The position numbers and the translations under genes are program-made. 64,000 bases of DNA, taken from NCBI GenBank assembly GCA_039680575.1, contig JBDKSP010000020.1:9238-73237 (forward strand), written 5' to 3'. Below are positions 31,945 to 40,948 of the stretch, in pieces. This stretch comes from Armatimonadota bacterium (GTDB taxonomy: Bacteria > Armatimonadota > UBA5829 > DTLH01). Within the stretch, counting starts at the first letter, position 1; every line of letters starts with the position of its first letter. The notes under the pieces are model-generated. The model searched no databases. It was not told the DNA's origin and saw only the letters and a list, made by a program, of their open reading frames with translations.

Positions 31945-33120
31945 CTACTGCATATTGTCGTGCAGGAGCTGAGCCTCTGCGGATTCGAGTATTCCAAAGA
32001 CAGGTTCCCGGCGCTCCCTCACGCAGCAGTACGCATAAATGTACATACCTGCTGACCATGCCTGGTCCGTCGCTCCTTTTGGCTCTCCTGAAACACCATG
32101 AAACCACTCGTTGAACTCCCATTCATGCTCGCGTCCCTGGCGATTGGTAAGCGCAAGCCTGTATAGAACATCTCTGGCGCGATCAATACGCCCGGCTCTC
32201 ACCAAAGCTGCCACGTAAAGCCCTCCGACCCAGGACCAGGAGCCCCCGTTGTGATACTGGTCAGGCAGGTTCAGCTCGTGCTCCGAGCGGTAGTATTCCC
32301 GCCATTCCTTATCTCCCGGCTGTATCGGCGGATGTATAGTGCGGATTGGCCGGGGCTCATCCAATCGATTGGCTTCAATATAATCAAGAATGGTTAGGGT
32401 CTGCTCGCTGTCCGCAAGGCCGAAAGCGACAGCAAAAAGGTTCGCCGCTGTATCGAACCAATCTCCATGCATTTGCTTCCACGCCCACGGCCGGAAATAC
32501 CCCCGCTCTTCATCCCAGAAGAACCTGTTTATCTGCTCTCTCACGATATGGGCATCCTTGATATTCCCATGAAGCTCAAGTGCAGCGAAGTAGAGAACGT
32601 TACTGTAGAGTACATGCCCCCGGTTTGATATAAGGTCCATCCAGTCACTGGCTTCCTGCTGTTCAATCAAGCCCTCCTCGTGAGCGTCCTGATACTTAAG
32701 CCATTCCATTGCTCTTTTTGCGGCCTGATGGAACTCAGGGTGCGGACCTATCAACTGTTCAGCATAGACAAGGGTAAGGACGAACCATAAAGAAGCATCT
32801 GCAGCCCCAAAAGCGATGAGTTCCGGCCTTGAAGCGATAAATGTATCTACGCAATTCGGAATCTGGCCGCTCACTGACTGCCTGTCCATCAGCGTATCCA
32901 TCGTCTTCAGCCATTGCTGCACATAACGCTCTTCTTTTGACGCTAATCCGCCCAAAGAAGATATCAGCGCATCCCGGGCATATACCGCGTTGTAGTAGTG
33001 TGGAGACGCAAAGTAACCGTTAGGGGTCGAGCACCTGTCGAGGATGATCTTTGCCTGCTCGAAAGCCTCTTCTATCAGTGATGCAGCCTCTTGGTCAGAT
33101 TGGTTAGTTCTTCTTGGCAC
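31945..33120 (-). CDS. (alpha/alpha)6 glycoside hydrolase (GH100/amylo-alpha-1,6-glucosidase-like)
   Basis: YARDA, DASLWF, DWMD, YHNGGSW, EFNEW, QAWSAG. Confidence 0.78.
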   Translation of the reverse strand: MPRRTNQSDQEAASLIEEAFEQAKIILDRCSTPNGYFASPHYYNAVYARDALISSLGGLASKEERYVQQWLKTMDTLMDRQSVSGQIPNCVDTFIASRPELIAFGAADASLWFVLTLVYAEQLIGPHPEFHQAAKRAMEWLKYQDAHEEGLIEQQEASDWMDLISNRGHVLYSNVLYFAALELHGNIKDAHIVREQINRFFWDEERGYFRPWAWKQMHGDWFDTAANLFAVAFGLADSEQTLTILDYIEANRLDEPRPIRTIHPPIQPGDKEWREYYRSEHELNLPDQYHNGGSWSWVGGLYVAALVRAGRIDRARDVLYRLALTNRQGREHEWEFNEWFHGVSGEPKGATDQAWSAGMYIYAYCCVRERREPVFGILESAEAQLLHDNMQ

Positions 33121-34291
33121 CGGTTGTTAACCTCCCAACAGGAGCTGAAACGGAACCTGAAACTCGTTCTTTGATCAGCCGGACGATATTCTCCGCGACG
33201 AGACGATAATTGAAATTCTTCAGTGCGTGAAGCCGCGCCGCATTGCCCATATTTTGTGCCAGGTCCGTATCCATCAGCATTTCCAGAGCGTAATCAGCAA
33301 GATCGTTCACATCGACACGTAGTGCGATTACCTTTGGCTTATCAAAGCGTACTTCGAACTCTTTCGCGTAACCCTGCGCAGGTCCCACCTCGCATTCAGT
33401 TATGGATGTCCACTTTGCTACTTTGGCAAGATAGCCGGTTTTACCCTGGATCACGGTCTCCTTGATACCCATCGCGTCCACGCTCAAGACAGGTTTTCCG
33501 CAGGCTTGCGCCTCGACATGGGGCATGCCAAAACCTTCCTGACGGCTTGGTCCCGCGTATATATCGCATGCGTTGTAAAGATACGGCATATAGTCCCGCG
33601 AGAGTACGCCATCCACATATTTGACCTTGTCCCGAATACCCAGCTCTTCTGCAAGAGACAGATCCAGTGTATTCTGGCGTTCCGTGCGCCCCTGCTTCCA
33701 GACCTTGCACACATATCGCCAGTTTGGATATATCTTGTTTATCTTTGCAAGCGCCAGCATAACTTCGCGGCTGCCTTTGCTGGCTCCATCGCCGCCGATT
33801 GTGAGGATCAATTTTTCATCGTCAGCTACACCCAGTGACTCACGGATCGAGTGTACCTTGGGATGGTCCTTGGGGATCGGTCTGAACGATTCTGTGTCGC
33901 AGCCAATTGGCTGGACTACCAGCCGGTCAGCATTTATCCCGTCCCGTTCATAGATCTCCTTGACCCAGCTGCTGGTTGCAAGAATCAGCTTGAGTGAGTT
34001 CAACTCACGATGATAGTTTGCAACCCAGCCATCAGCCACGAGCCAGGGAATGGGTTCGACCCCAAATTTGAGAGGATGGATTACCAACTCCGGGAGTTGG
34101 CCCCAGAAGCCTACACCTATGGCCACATCCGGCCGGAAGCATTTATACATCCATTCCTTTTCCAGCCCACCTTCGATGTGGACCGGAGCGCATTCTACAC
34201 CGATTTCTTTGAGCCCTCTATATAATAGGGCTCCCTGCGTTGCCAGACCGGCCGGTGGAGCCGGGTGTTCATATATCATTAGTATTCGCAA
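33104..34291 (-). CDS. GT4 family glycosyltransferase
   Basis: PSRQEGFGMPHVEAQACGKP (E-x7-E) motif. Confidence 0.9.
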   Translation of the reverse strand: MRILMIYEHPAPPAGLATQGALLYRGLKEIGVECAPVHIEGGLEKEWMYKCFRPDVAIGVGFWGQLPELVIHPLKFGVEPIPWLVADGWVANYHRELNSLKLILATSSWVKEIYERDGINADRLVVQPIGCDTESFRPIPKDHPKVHSIRESLGVADDEKLILTIGGDGASKGSREVMLALAKINKIYPNWRYVCKVWKQGRTERQNTLDLSLAEELGIRDKVKYVDGVLSRDYMPYLYNACDIYAGPSRQEGFGMPHVEAQACGKPVLSVDAMGIKETVIQGKTGYLAKVAKWTSITECEVGPAQGYAKEFEVRFDKPKVIALRVDVNDLADYALEMLMDTDLAQNMGNAARLHALKNFNYRLVAENIVRLIKERVSGSVSAPVGRLTTGAKKN

Positions 34292-34304
34292 TGTCCTTCT
34301 CCCG

Positions 34305-34937
34305 TTATTTATCTGGATTTTGAATTACAGTTTGAAACTGGTCGACCGAAAACCCACTGGAGTGAACGTGAAATCCCTCCACGGGACCACTTGCGTCAAA
34401 TTCAAAGCTGCCTGGCCTGAAGCCGTAGATATCGCGTATAATCCTCTGTTTTTCTGTATACTCCCTGTCGAAGAGTGTAAGAGTGACATCAGCATTGGCT
34501 GCCGGTAGAGGGCTGCGCGCCCCACCGCAATCATTGTAAGCAAAGAAAAGCAACTCACCTGTTATGTCGCCCGAACCGACCATCTCGCAGACCGCCCGAT
34601 GGACCTGTTCGTGACGCATATGGCGTGTATATTCACCCGTTTTACCGTGAGTGAATATCAAATCCGGCTTATGTAGTGCAAGTGCTGAAACCCGTCTCTT
34701 GATCTCGTTAAGATCAGGGGAAAGCGGCACAAGTATAGGGCTGCTATCGTCCAGATCAGAGATAAGCGCAGTTGCTCCAATCGTTCTAGCTGAAAGCTGA
34801 AAACGCGGCGCTCGATCATCATCATCGGCCCGGCAAAGACTGACTATATGCCAATCCCATTGGGGATGCCTTAAAAACACACCCCCCATCCAAATTATCT
34901 CATCATCGGGATGGGCTACTACAACCAAGCACTTCAC
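34305..34937 (-). CDS. PIG-L/LmbE family deacetylase
   Basis: AHPDDE and HMRH motifs; GTG start after gaggag. Confidence 0.85.
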   Translation of the reverse strand: MKCLVVVAHPDDEIIWMGGVFLRHPQWDWHIVSLCRADDDDRAPRFQLSARTIGATALISDLDDSSPILVPLSPDLNEIKRRVSALALHKPDLIFTHGKTGEYTRHMRHEQVHRAVCEMVGSGDITGELLFFAYNDCGGARSPLPAANADVTLTLFDREYTEKQRIIRDIYGFRPGSFEFDASGPVEGFHVHSSGFSVDQFQTVIQNPDK

Positions 34938-35290
34938 ATGTCGCTCCTCACTTGCCGCAGCTCCGCAGCCCAGCAAGCTAAAAAGATTCTACCCATATTC
35001 AATAAACGTTATATATCAAATCCATGTAGCTTTGCTGCTGGGTTTCTTCATGATACGAAAAACCGGATCTTTTCGATCGGATCTATCGGCTTGATCTACA
35101 TAACCGCCTGGTAAATATACTAGAGTTTTAGTATATGCCCACATCCGGGTAAATATGTCCAGCCATGGATACTCACAGAACGCCGAGGCCAATATTACTA
35201 ACCCATCGCACCTCCTACGAGGAAACCATGCGATGGCAGACGGGAGTGCCCCATGAATATCAGGCCATTATTAGTTAATCAACACCTGAC

Positions 35291-35671
35291 TTGAACAGCG
35301 TGCTGCGTGGTACGCTCGAAAACCAGCATTCGCGCAGGCTCCTGCTAAGGCTGATAAAACATCAGCTCAGCAGGGAGAGTGAGACTTACCGTCCCGATGA
35401 CATGCCTGTACAAGCCAAGATCGACAGGCTGGACTGCCTTTCGGGACTGCTCGATGAGTTCGCTGCCAGACTCGCGGAAGCAGGTAATATCACTCCGGCC
35501 ATTTCAGTTGAAGGATTCGAGACAGAGACCGATACAAGACGTGGAGAAGGGGTCCATGGGAGAATAATGAAAGCGTTCGATGCGCTCAGAAGACACGGCG
35601 TGCCCTTTGGCGTCTCCGCCACAGCCACCAGGCACAACTGGGATGGAAGCTCTATCGAGTCCTGTGGTTAG
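35291..35671 (+). pseudogene. Probable radical SAM protein fragment
   Basis: PAISVEGFETETDTRRGEGV...GVPFGVSATATR resembles the middle of a radical SAM barrel; no CxxxCxxC, no good start, truncated. Confidence 0.6.
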
Positions 35672-36444
35672 CGCTTCGGCTTGCACGCGAGAAGCGCAGC
35701 TCCAAGAGCGCCGGTCATCTGCGGGTTGGGCGCTGTTTCAACCCGATGTCCCAATACCCGTTCCAGCGCTTTGTCCATTCCGGGGACAAGCGCGACCCCG
35801 CCGGTGAATACAACCGGGGGAATAACTGATTTACCAGCCATTGATGTAATTCTTGTCGCGATGGAGTTCTGGACACCAGCGACTATATCTTCCGGCGGCG
35901 TCCCCGACGCTAAAAGCCCGATAATCTCCGTTTCCGCGAAGACTATGCACATGCTGCTGATCGCTGCTGGTGTTACACTCCTCGATGCAAGCTCTCCGAG
36001 TTCAGCCAGTCCCACGCTCAAACGGTCTGCGACGACTTCGAGAAACCGGCCTGTGCCTGCGGCGCACCTGTCATTCATCATAAAGTCCTGAACGGAGCCG
36101 CCGGGGCCGAGCTTAAGGAGCTTGCTGTCCTGCCCGCCGATTTCCACTACTGTGCGTGCTTCAGGAACCACGTGGTGCACGCCGCGGGCATGGCAGGTGA
36201 TCTCTGTGATCGTCGCATCGGCAATGCTGATGGTGTTTCGCCCATAGCCGGTCGCTACGATCTTTTGGACATCCTCGGAGTTGTGACTACTGTCCTTCAG
36301 GAGTTGCTCGAAAAGCTCCATTGCCAGATCATTGCTCTTTACACCCTGTCCAACCGTTCCTGATGTGATGACCTCGTGTGTCATGGTATCCATCAGGACT
36401 ATTTTTATCGCTCTTGATCCGGCATCTATTCCAACCCCGATCAT
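35668..36444 (-). CDS. ATP-dependent acyl-CoA dehydratase activase (HgdC/BcrAD/DCCP-R type)
   Basis: GIDAGS, ATGYGR, EITCH, EIGGQDSK, NDRCAAGTGRFL, CIVFAETE. Confidence 0.93.
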   Translation of the reverse strand: MIGVGIDAGSRAIKIVLMDTMTHEVITSGTVGQGVKSNDLAMELFEQLLKDSSHNSEDVQKIVATGYGRNTISIADATITEITCHARGVHHVVPEARTVVEIGGQDSKLLKLGPGGSVQDFMMNDRCAAGTGRFLEVVADRLSVGLAELGELASRSVTPAAISSMCIVFAETEIIGLLASGTPPEDIVAGVQNSIATRITSMAGKSVIPPVVFTGGVALVPGMDKALERVLGHRVETAPNPQMTGALGAALLACKPKR

Positions 36445-37811
36445 TACTTCCTCCACTCTCTTGCGGTTTCTATCAGTGCTTCTATTCTAGTCATTATCGT
36501 CGGCTGCATCGAATCTGTAAGCGGCGGCACTTCTATCTCCACCACCGGCAGGTTCAATTCAGCCTTAACGGCTCTCCCGATGACTGCGCCTTCTGTAGCG
36601 CAGTGGCTCGCTCCCGGTATCTTCGAGATCAGGACCGCTTCCGACCCGAATGCTTCGATATCTCTCATGATACGCTCTGCCCTGTCATGAGAACTCCCGA
36701 CCATCGGGTCAGCGAGCGCCATCCTGGCGAGAGCCTCCATCGGATGCAAATCTTCCGGTATCTCATCCAGCGCATGCGCGAAAAGGTAGTCAGCCCCGCA
36801 AATACGGCCACCGCAGTCTTCCAACACATTCATTGCGCGCAAATCCGCGACGGGGTTTACCCAGAATATACGGACAGAATCCTCCGGCAGTATCCCAATG
36901 CCTGAGCTTATACGTTTTTGCGCTTCAGCGAGCATATCCTGAAGCACCGCGGCAGTCTCTTCACGGTCGGAGCAGAAATGGATAGCGAACATCTCGGCAA
37001 TCTGCATTTCAAGCGCAGGTATCGGACTCGATTTTGCGGTAAAGACAGCTAATCGCAGCTCAGAAAGAGTCTTCCGCGCCTTATTTGCGGCTCGGATCCC
37101 GTCCTTCAGCATATCATCACTCAGTTTATATCCTGAAAGCTCTTCAAGCGCAGTCTTGACCCGCTCCAGCTCGGATTTTACGAACGCAACCTGATCGACT
37201 GTGGCGTAAAACCCGCCCGGAAGCCTGATTACCTTTTCATTCGGACCTGGTTTCCGTCTTGCGGGCATTTCCCACCAGTTGATCGGATACCCAAGCCCTT
37301 CTACCCGCTGTGCAATGGATGAGAAATCATCACAAGTCGCCCCAACGCTGCATGTGAGCATATCGGGAATCGGAAAATGCGCTTCGGTGACGAATGCTCC
37401 GAGCATCGCTCTCACAGGGCAGAATGATTCATCCAGCCCGTATGATGCGGCAAGGCCAAACAGACCCTCGCTCATTTCCATAATGCATGGAGTCCACCAG
37501 GCGCCGTCCGGGTAAAATGCTACCACATTCGGCAGAGAATATGCCATCACCGGGACTGTCCCGAGGTCTTTCATGACTCCGACCAGCTTTTTACCGTTGC
37601 TTCGGGCTTCACGCAGCCGGTCTTCTTCGGTCAAAAGGAAGTTCCAGAGCCGGAGCGCGGCTGCGGAATCATCATACCTGAGCTTGAGCAGCCTGAGGTC
37701 TCCATCCTCAACATGCCTTCTGAGCGGGCCGCCATACCAGGGCTCTTTCAGACCTGCTTCTTTCAGCTCGATATAATGCCTGTCCCAGTCGCTCAAGGTA
37801 ATTCCGCTCAT
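36444..37811 (-). CDS. 2-hydroxyacyl-CoA dehydratase family Fe-S protein
   Basis: ESFCPVRA, ATCDD, SHCATE, EIEVP...TRIEALIE. Confidence 0.82.
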   Translation of the reverse strand: MSGITLSDWDRHYIELKEAGLKEPWYGGPLRRHVEDGDLRLLKLRYDDSAAALRLWNFLLTEEDRLREARSNGKKLVGVMKDLGTVPVMAYSLPNVVAFYPDGAWWTPCIMEMSEGLFGLAASYGLDESFCPVRAMLGAFVTEAHFPIPDMLTCSVGATCDDFSSIAQRVEGLGYPINWWEMPARRKPGPNEKVIRLPGGFYATVDQVAFVKSELERVKTALEELSGYKLSDDMLKDGIRAANKARKTLSELRLAVFTAKSSPIPALEMQIAEMFAIHFCSDREETAAVLQDMLAEAQKRISSGIGILPEDSVRIFWVNPVADLRAMNVLEDCGGRICGADYLFAHALDEIPEDLHPMEALARMALADPMVGSSHDRAERIMRDIEAFGSEAVLISKIPGASHCATEGAVIGRAVKAELNLPVVEIEVPPLTDSMQPTIMTRIEALIETAREWRK

Positions 37812-38773
37812 TTGATCGACTCCATAAAAGCCTGAATCCTCGATGATGTACGGACATCAACGGTCCCGTCGTCATTCGCATCGATCTGAGTAAACGGCAG
37901 GCCGGACCATTCCTTCAGCCGGTAAGCCTCGGCGTTCCAGTTGTCACACCAGAGGTAACGGCGAAGTATGATGCCGCGCACCCCGCGTTCAGTAAGTTTT
38001 AGCTTAAGCCACTTGAACAACTCGTTGTTCGGCCTTCTGAACGCATCGTAAATTGTGTTGAAATAGGAATCAATAAGCGCTGACACAGGGTTTTCTTTAA
38101 GCAGCCTTCGGTCAAACGGCGCCGGAAGTGTCCTCTCACCCGTTTCGGTAGCATCCAGCGAGACATATCCTCCGGCACTCTCGATGAAATCGTATATGTC
38201 GCACTGATTAGCTGGAATCGGCCCGCCGACAAGAGCAACCGGAACACCTGAAGGCGTGTATTTTGTATCCTGAATAGCCTGGTCGAATTTACCGGTTCTA
38301 TTGAATTCCGATAAACGAAGAGCCCAATCACGGGGCGAAAGGCTTCCCTGAAGGTCACGAAGCGCAGCTCTGTTGTCGTTGTATTCGATCATCGTCTGTC
38401 TGAGTATATCTGGGGTGGGAGTGTTGCCTCCAAGCTCGATCAGAAAATCACCCAGCCGCTTCAGCTCAGAAATGTACAGCCGCTGCGCCTCGACTGTCTG
38501 CCAGGTGTGCGGGACGTGCATCAAAAACGCCGACAGATCTGTGTTTTCAGTGATGACATCGTAAATGCGTCTCATCTGGTCGCAGGCAGTTGTCACTATG
38601 ACCCCGGCAGCGGTTTTCTCTTCGATGGCAGCACCTGCAAATGAGCAGGCGTAAGGACACACACCAGGTCCCAGCTTGAGAGTCGAGCTGCCCGCCGATA
38701 TTCTCGATGGTAATAGCCCATGCGCCGCAATCCATTCAGCCGGGATGAACGGACAACTGTAGATGATCTTCAC
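37808..38773 (-). CDS. 2-hydroxyacyl-CoA dehydratase family subunit (HgdB/FldC-like)
   Basis: CPFIPAEWI, VCPYA, TTACDQMRR, LWCD, RIQAFME. Confidence 0.82.
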   Translation of the reverse strand: MKIIYSCPFIPAEWIAAHGLLPSRISAGSSTLKLGPGVCPYACSFAGAAIEEKTAAGVIVTTACDQMRRIYDVITENTDLSAFLMHVPHTWQTVEAQRLYISELKRLGDFLIELGGNTPTPDILRQTMIEYNDNRAALRDLQGSLSPRDWALRLSEFNRTGKFDQAIQDTKYTPSGVPVALVGGPIPANQCDIYDFIESAGGYVSLDATETGERTLPAPFDRRLLKENPVSALIDSYFNTIYDAFRRPNNELFKWLKLKLTERGVRGIILRRYLWCDNWNAEAYRLKEWSGLPFTQIDANDDGTVDVRTSSRIQAFMESIK

Positions 38774-38776
38774 GCT

Positions 38777-40033
38777 TCAGTCTCCACTGCAACCAAGCGC
38801 ATTACACGCGCTTTTGACGGTCTCGAAAAGCGCTTCGACTCTTACGGCGATCCGCGCGGAGTCCGAAGGCGAATAGTCCGTCTCGATCCTTAGAAACGGG
38901 AGATGCAGCTCGTTTTCAGCAAGCTGCTTTACCCGGTATGATTCTATGCTGTAAGTAATACATGCCTGCCATGCGAGGTCTATAATGCACTCAGCGCGGT
39001 ACTGCCTCGCGAGGTCGCGGACTATATCGATCCTGCGGTTGTTTTTCGTCATCACCGAGCAATGCAGGTTGAAATATTTTGCAGCGAGCGCGCGAACCGG
39101 GTCGTCTGCAGTAGGGTCGACATTCTCCAGGATCGGCTTCAAACCCGTGCAGTTCTCGGCGCAAACGATCAGCCCGCCGTGGTCCTCGATAATATCGACG
39201 ACCCTCTCAGCCCCGTGGACCACCGGAACGCCGGTCAGAAGGACTCTTACCCTCGACGACCTGTCGCCGTTTCCTGATTGACCCTCATATAGCTTAATCG
39301 CCTTTTTATACTGCTCCAGATCGGCAGGTATTCCCGATATGGTGCTCTTCAGCTCAAGTAACTGCCGTCCGGTAATTGGAGGGCTGTCCTGCTCCATAAG
39401 CTCTGCGAGTCTGAGTCTGAGCGAGCGCTCGTGGTTCATCACTTTGATCGCTTCTCTGATCTTCTCATCTGTAATCTCTACATTGAACCGTTTTTCAAGC
39501 TCGGACTTAAGTTTTCTTAGCTCAAGCACCCAATGTTCGAATGCGTCGGCATCATCCTGCTTTTGAGGAAGCTCTATTATATATGTCGGCCTCGACTCAG
39601 CCATCAGTTCGAACATCTTCTTTTTGCCGTCGCAGGTGGTCTCAGCGATGATAAGGTCAGACATCTCAAGAAACGGATTGGAACCAAGCGCGTGGTAACC
39701 GAATGTCGACTTGATGAGCGGACACAGGTTCGATGGCAAAACTTCTTCAGCAGCCGGAATAGTCTTGGCAGAGCCGCCGCAGAGACAGGCTGGTACGCCT
39801 CCCGCCGCCATTATCAGCTCTCTGGGGGCATACTCGCACATAATCCCGACAACCGGCCTGCCCTCGGACTTTGCCTTTTCAGCGTAATTCAGGCAGTTAT
39901 CGATCATGTTATCGAACCACTTGAGTGGAGCTGTAGGACCATGCCCGGTGGAGCAGGAGACAGCGCTTGGTGGGCAGCATGGGTCGCAGTTCTCTCTAGT
40001 AACTTGCTTATTGTTACCACAGCATTTGCTCAT
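38777..40033 (-). CDS. Double-cubane-cluster-protein-like / 2-hydroxyacyl-CoA dehydratase family reductase with Cys-rich N-terminus
   Basis: CEYAPRELI, CLCGGS, LPSNLCPLIKS, ETTCDGKKKMFE, ENCTG, CSVM, QACITY, IETDYS. Confidence 0.82.
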   Translation of the reverse strand: MSKCCGNNKQVTRENCDPCCPPSAVSCSTGHGPTAPLKWFDNMIDNCLNYAEKAKSEGRPVVGIMCEYAPRELIMAAGGVPACLCGGSAKTIPAAEEVLPSNLCPLIKSTFGYHALGSNPFLEMSDLIIAETTCDGKKKMFELMAESRPTYIIELPQKQDDADAFEHWVLELRKLKSELEKRFNVEITDEKIREAIKVMNHERSLRLRLAELMEQDSPPITGRQLLELKSTISGIPADLEQYKKAIKLYEGQSGNGDRSSRVRVLLTGVPVVHGAERVVDIIEDHGGLIVCAENCTGLKPILENVDPTADDPVRALAAKYFNLHCSVMTKNNRRIDIVRDLARQYRAECIIDLAWQACITYSIESYRVKQLAENELHLPFLRIETDYSPSDSARIAVRVEALFETVKSACNALGCSGD

Positions 40034-40045
40034 CTTGCTTAATTC

Positions 40046-40852
40046 CTAGTCTTTCTTGCGTGCAACGAATAACCCTTGAATGATTTTACCGGCATGTGCG
40101 AGCTCTTGAATGAACATCATCTCTCCTGCCAGCGCCTTAAAGAGCTCGGTATCATAACCGATGATCCTCAGCGCGTCGGAAGTGAGCTGCATATCGAGCA
40201 TAGCGAGGTAGAGGTCTATGCACGGAGCATATCTTCCGGTATCCTCGCAAACCTGCACATCGCAGCCGTTTGCCGTGAGTAAATCACAGTAGCCGTTTGT
40301 GTCCTGCAGGTTCGGGAACTTCATGAACCACATAAAACGGTCGGCTTCGTCTTTTGTAAGGCCGGACGGACCTTCGATCCAGTCGGTGAAAGCAATCGTC
40401 CCGCCCGGCTTTACCAAACGCGCCGCTTCGGCTATCAACTGCGGCTTGTCTTCGACATAGCACCAGGCGTCCTCACCCCAGATGAAGTCGGCTATGGAAT
40501 CTGGGATCCCGCTGTTGCAGACATCAGCGAGTGTAAATGTAGCTCTATTTGAAAAACCTTCTTCTCTGCATCGACACTGCGCGCGGTTCATTACTTCCTC
40601 TGTAGCATCGACTCCGTGCATGTGCTTTACATCCTGGAACCTCAGAAGAAACCTCATTCCGGCTCCATTGCAGCAGCAGAGATCGAGCCCGAAGCCTTTT
40701 CCAGCTACTTTGGCCTTCTCTGCAAGGTCCATGGACGATTTGAACCCGCCTATGTGGATCTGATGCCCCATAATCAGTTCCCACAGGTCGCCTACCGGAC
40801 CGCTGTATACAGACTGAACGTCACATAAACCAATGCCTTGAGTGTCTTTCAT
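40046..40852 (-). CDS. Class I SAM-dependent methyltransferase
   Basis: LDLCCCNGAG motif I, GVD, LVKPGG. Confidence 0.88.
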   Translation of the reverse strand: MKDTQGIGLCDVQSVYSGPVGDLWELIMGHQIHIGGFKSSMDLAEKAKVAGKGFGLDLCCCNGAGMRFLLRFQDVKHMHGVDATEEVMNRAQCRCREEGFSNRATFTLADVCNSGIPDSIADFIWGEDAWCYVEDKPQLIAEAARLVKPGGTIAFTDWIEGPSGLTKDEADRFMWFMKFPNLQDTNGYCDLLTANGCDVQVCEDTGRYAPCIDLYLAMLDMQLTSDALRIIGYDTELFKALAGEMMFIQELAHAGKIIQGLFVARKKD

Positions 40853-40885
40853 TGCCAGTTTCCTTTCCCCTAATATTTACCTAAT

Positions 40886-40948
40886 GAGTTTCAGGTATCG
40901 CCTGAAACTCTCCCGGAAGATTTTCTGCTATCGCCGAAAATCTATGAG
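40886..40948 (-). repeat. Family D double-hairpin element overlapping the selB 3' end
   Basis: Minus strand atagattttcggcgatagcagaaaatcttccgggagagtttcaggcgatacctgaaactc matches 63930-63990. Confidence 0.85.

Noticed and set aside
37808..37811. TGA ending the 321-aa dehydratase subunit as Sec
   Set aside because: Ordinary ATGA stop/start overlap with the next gene and no nearby Cys motif
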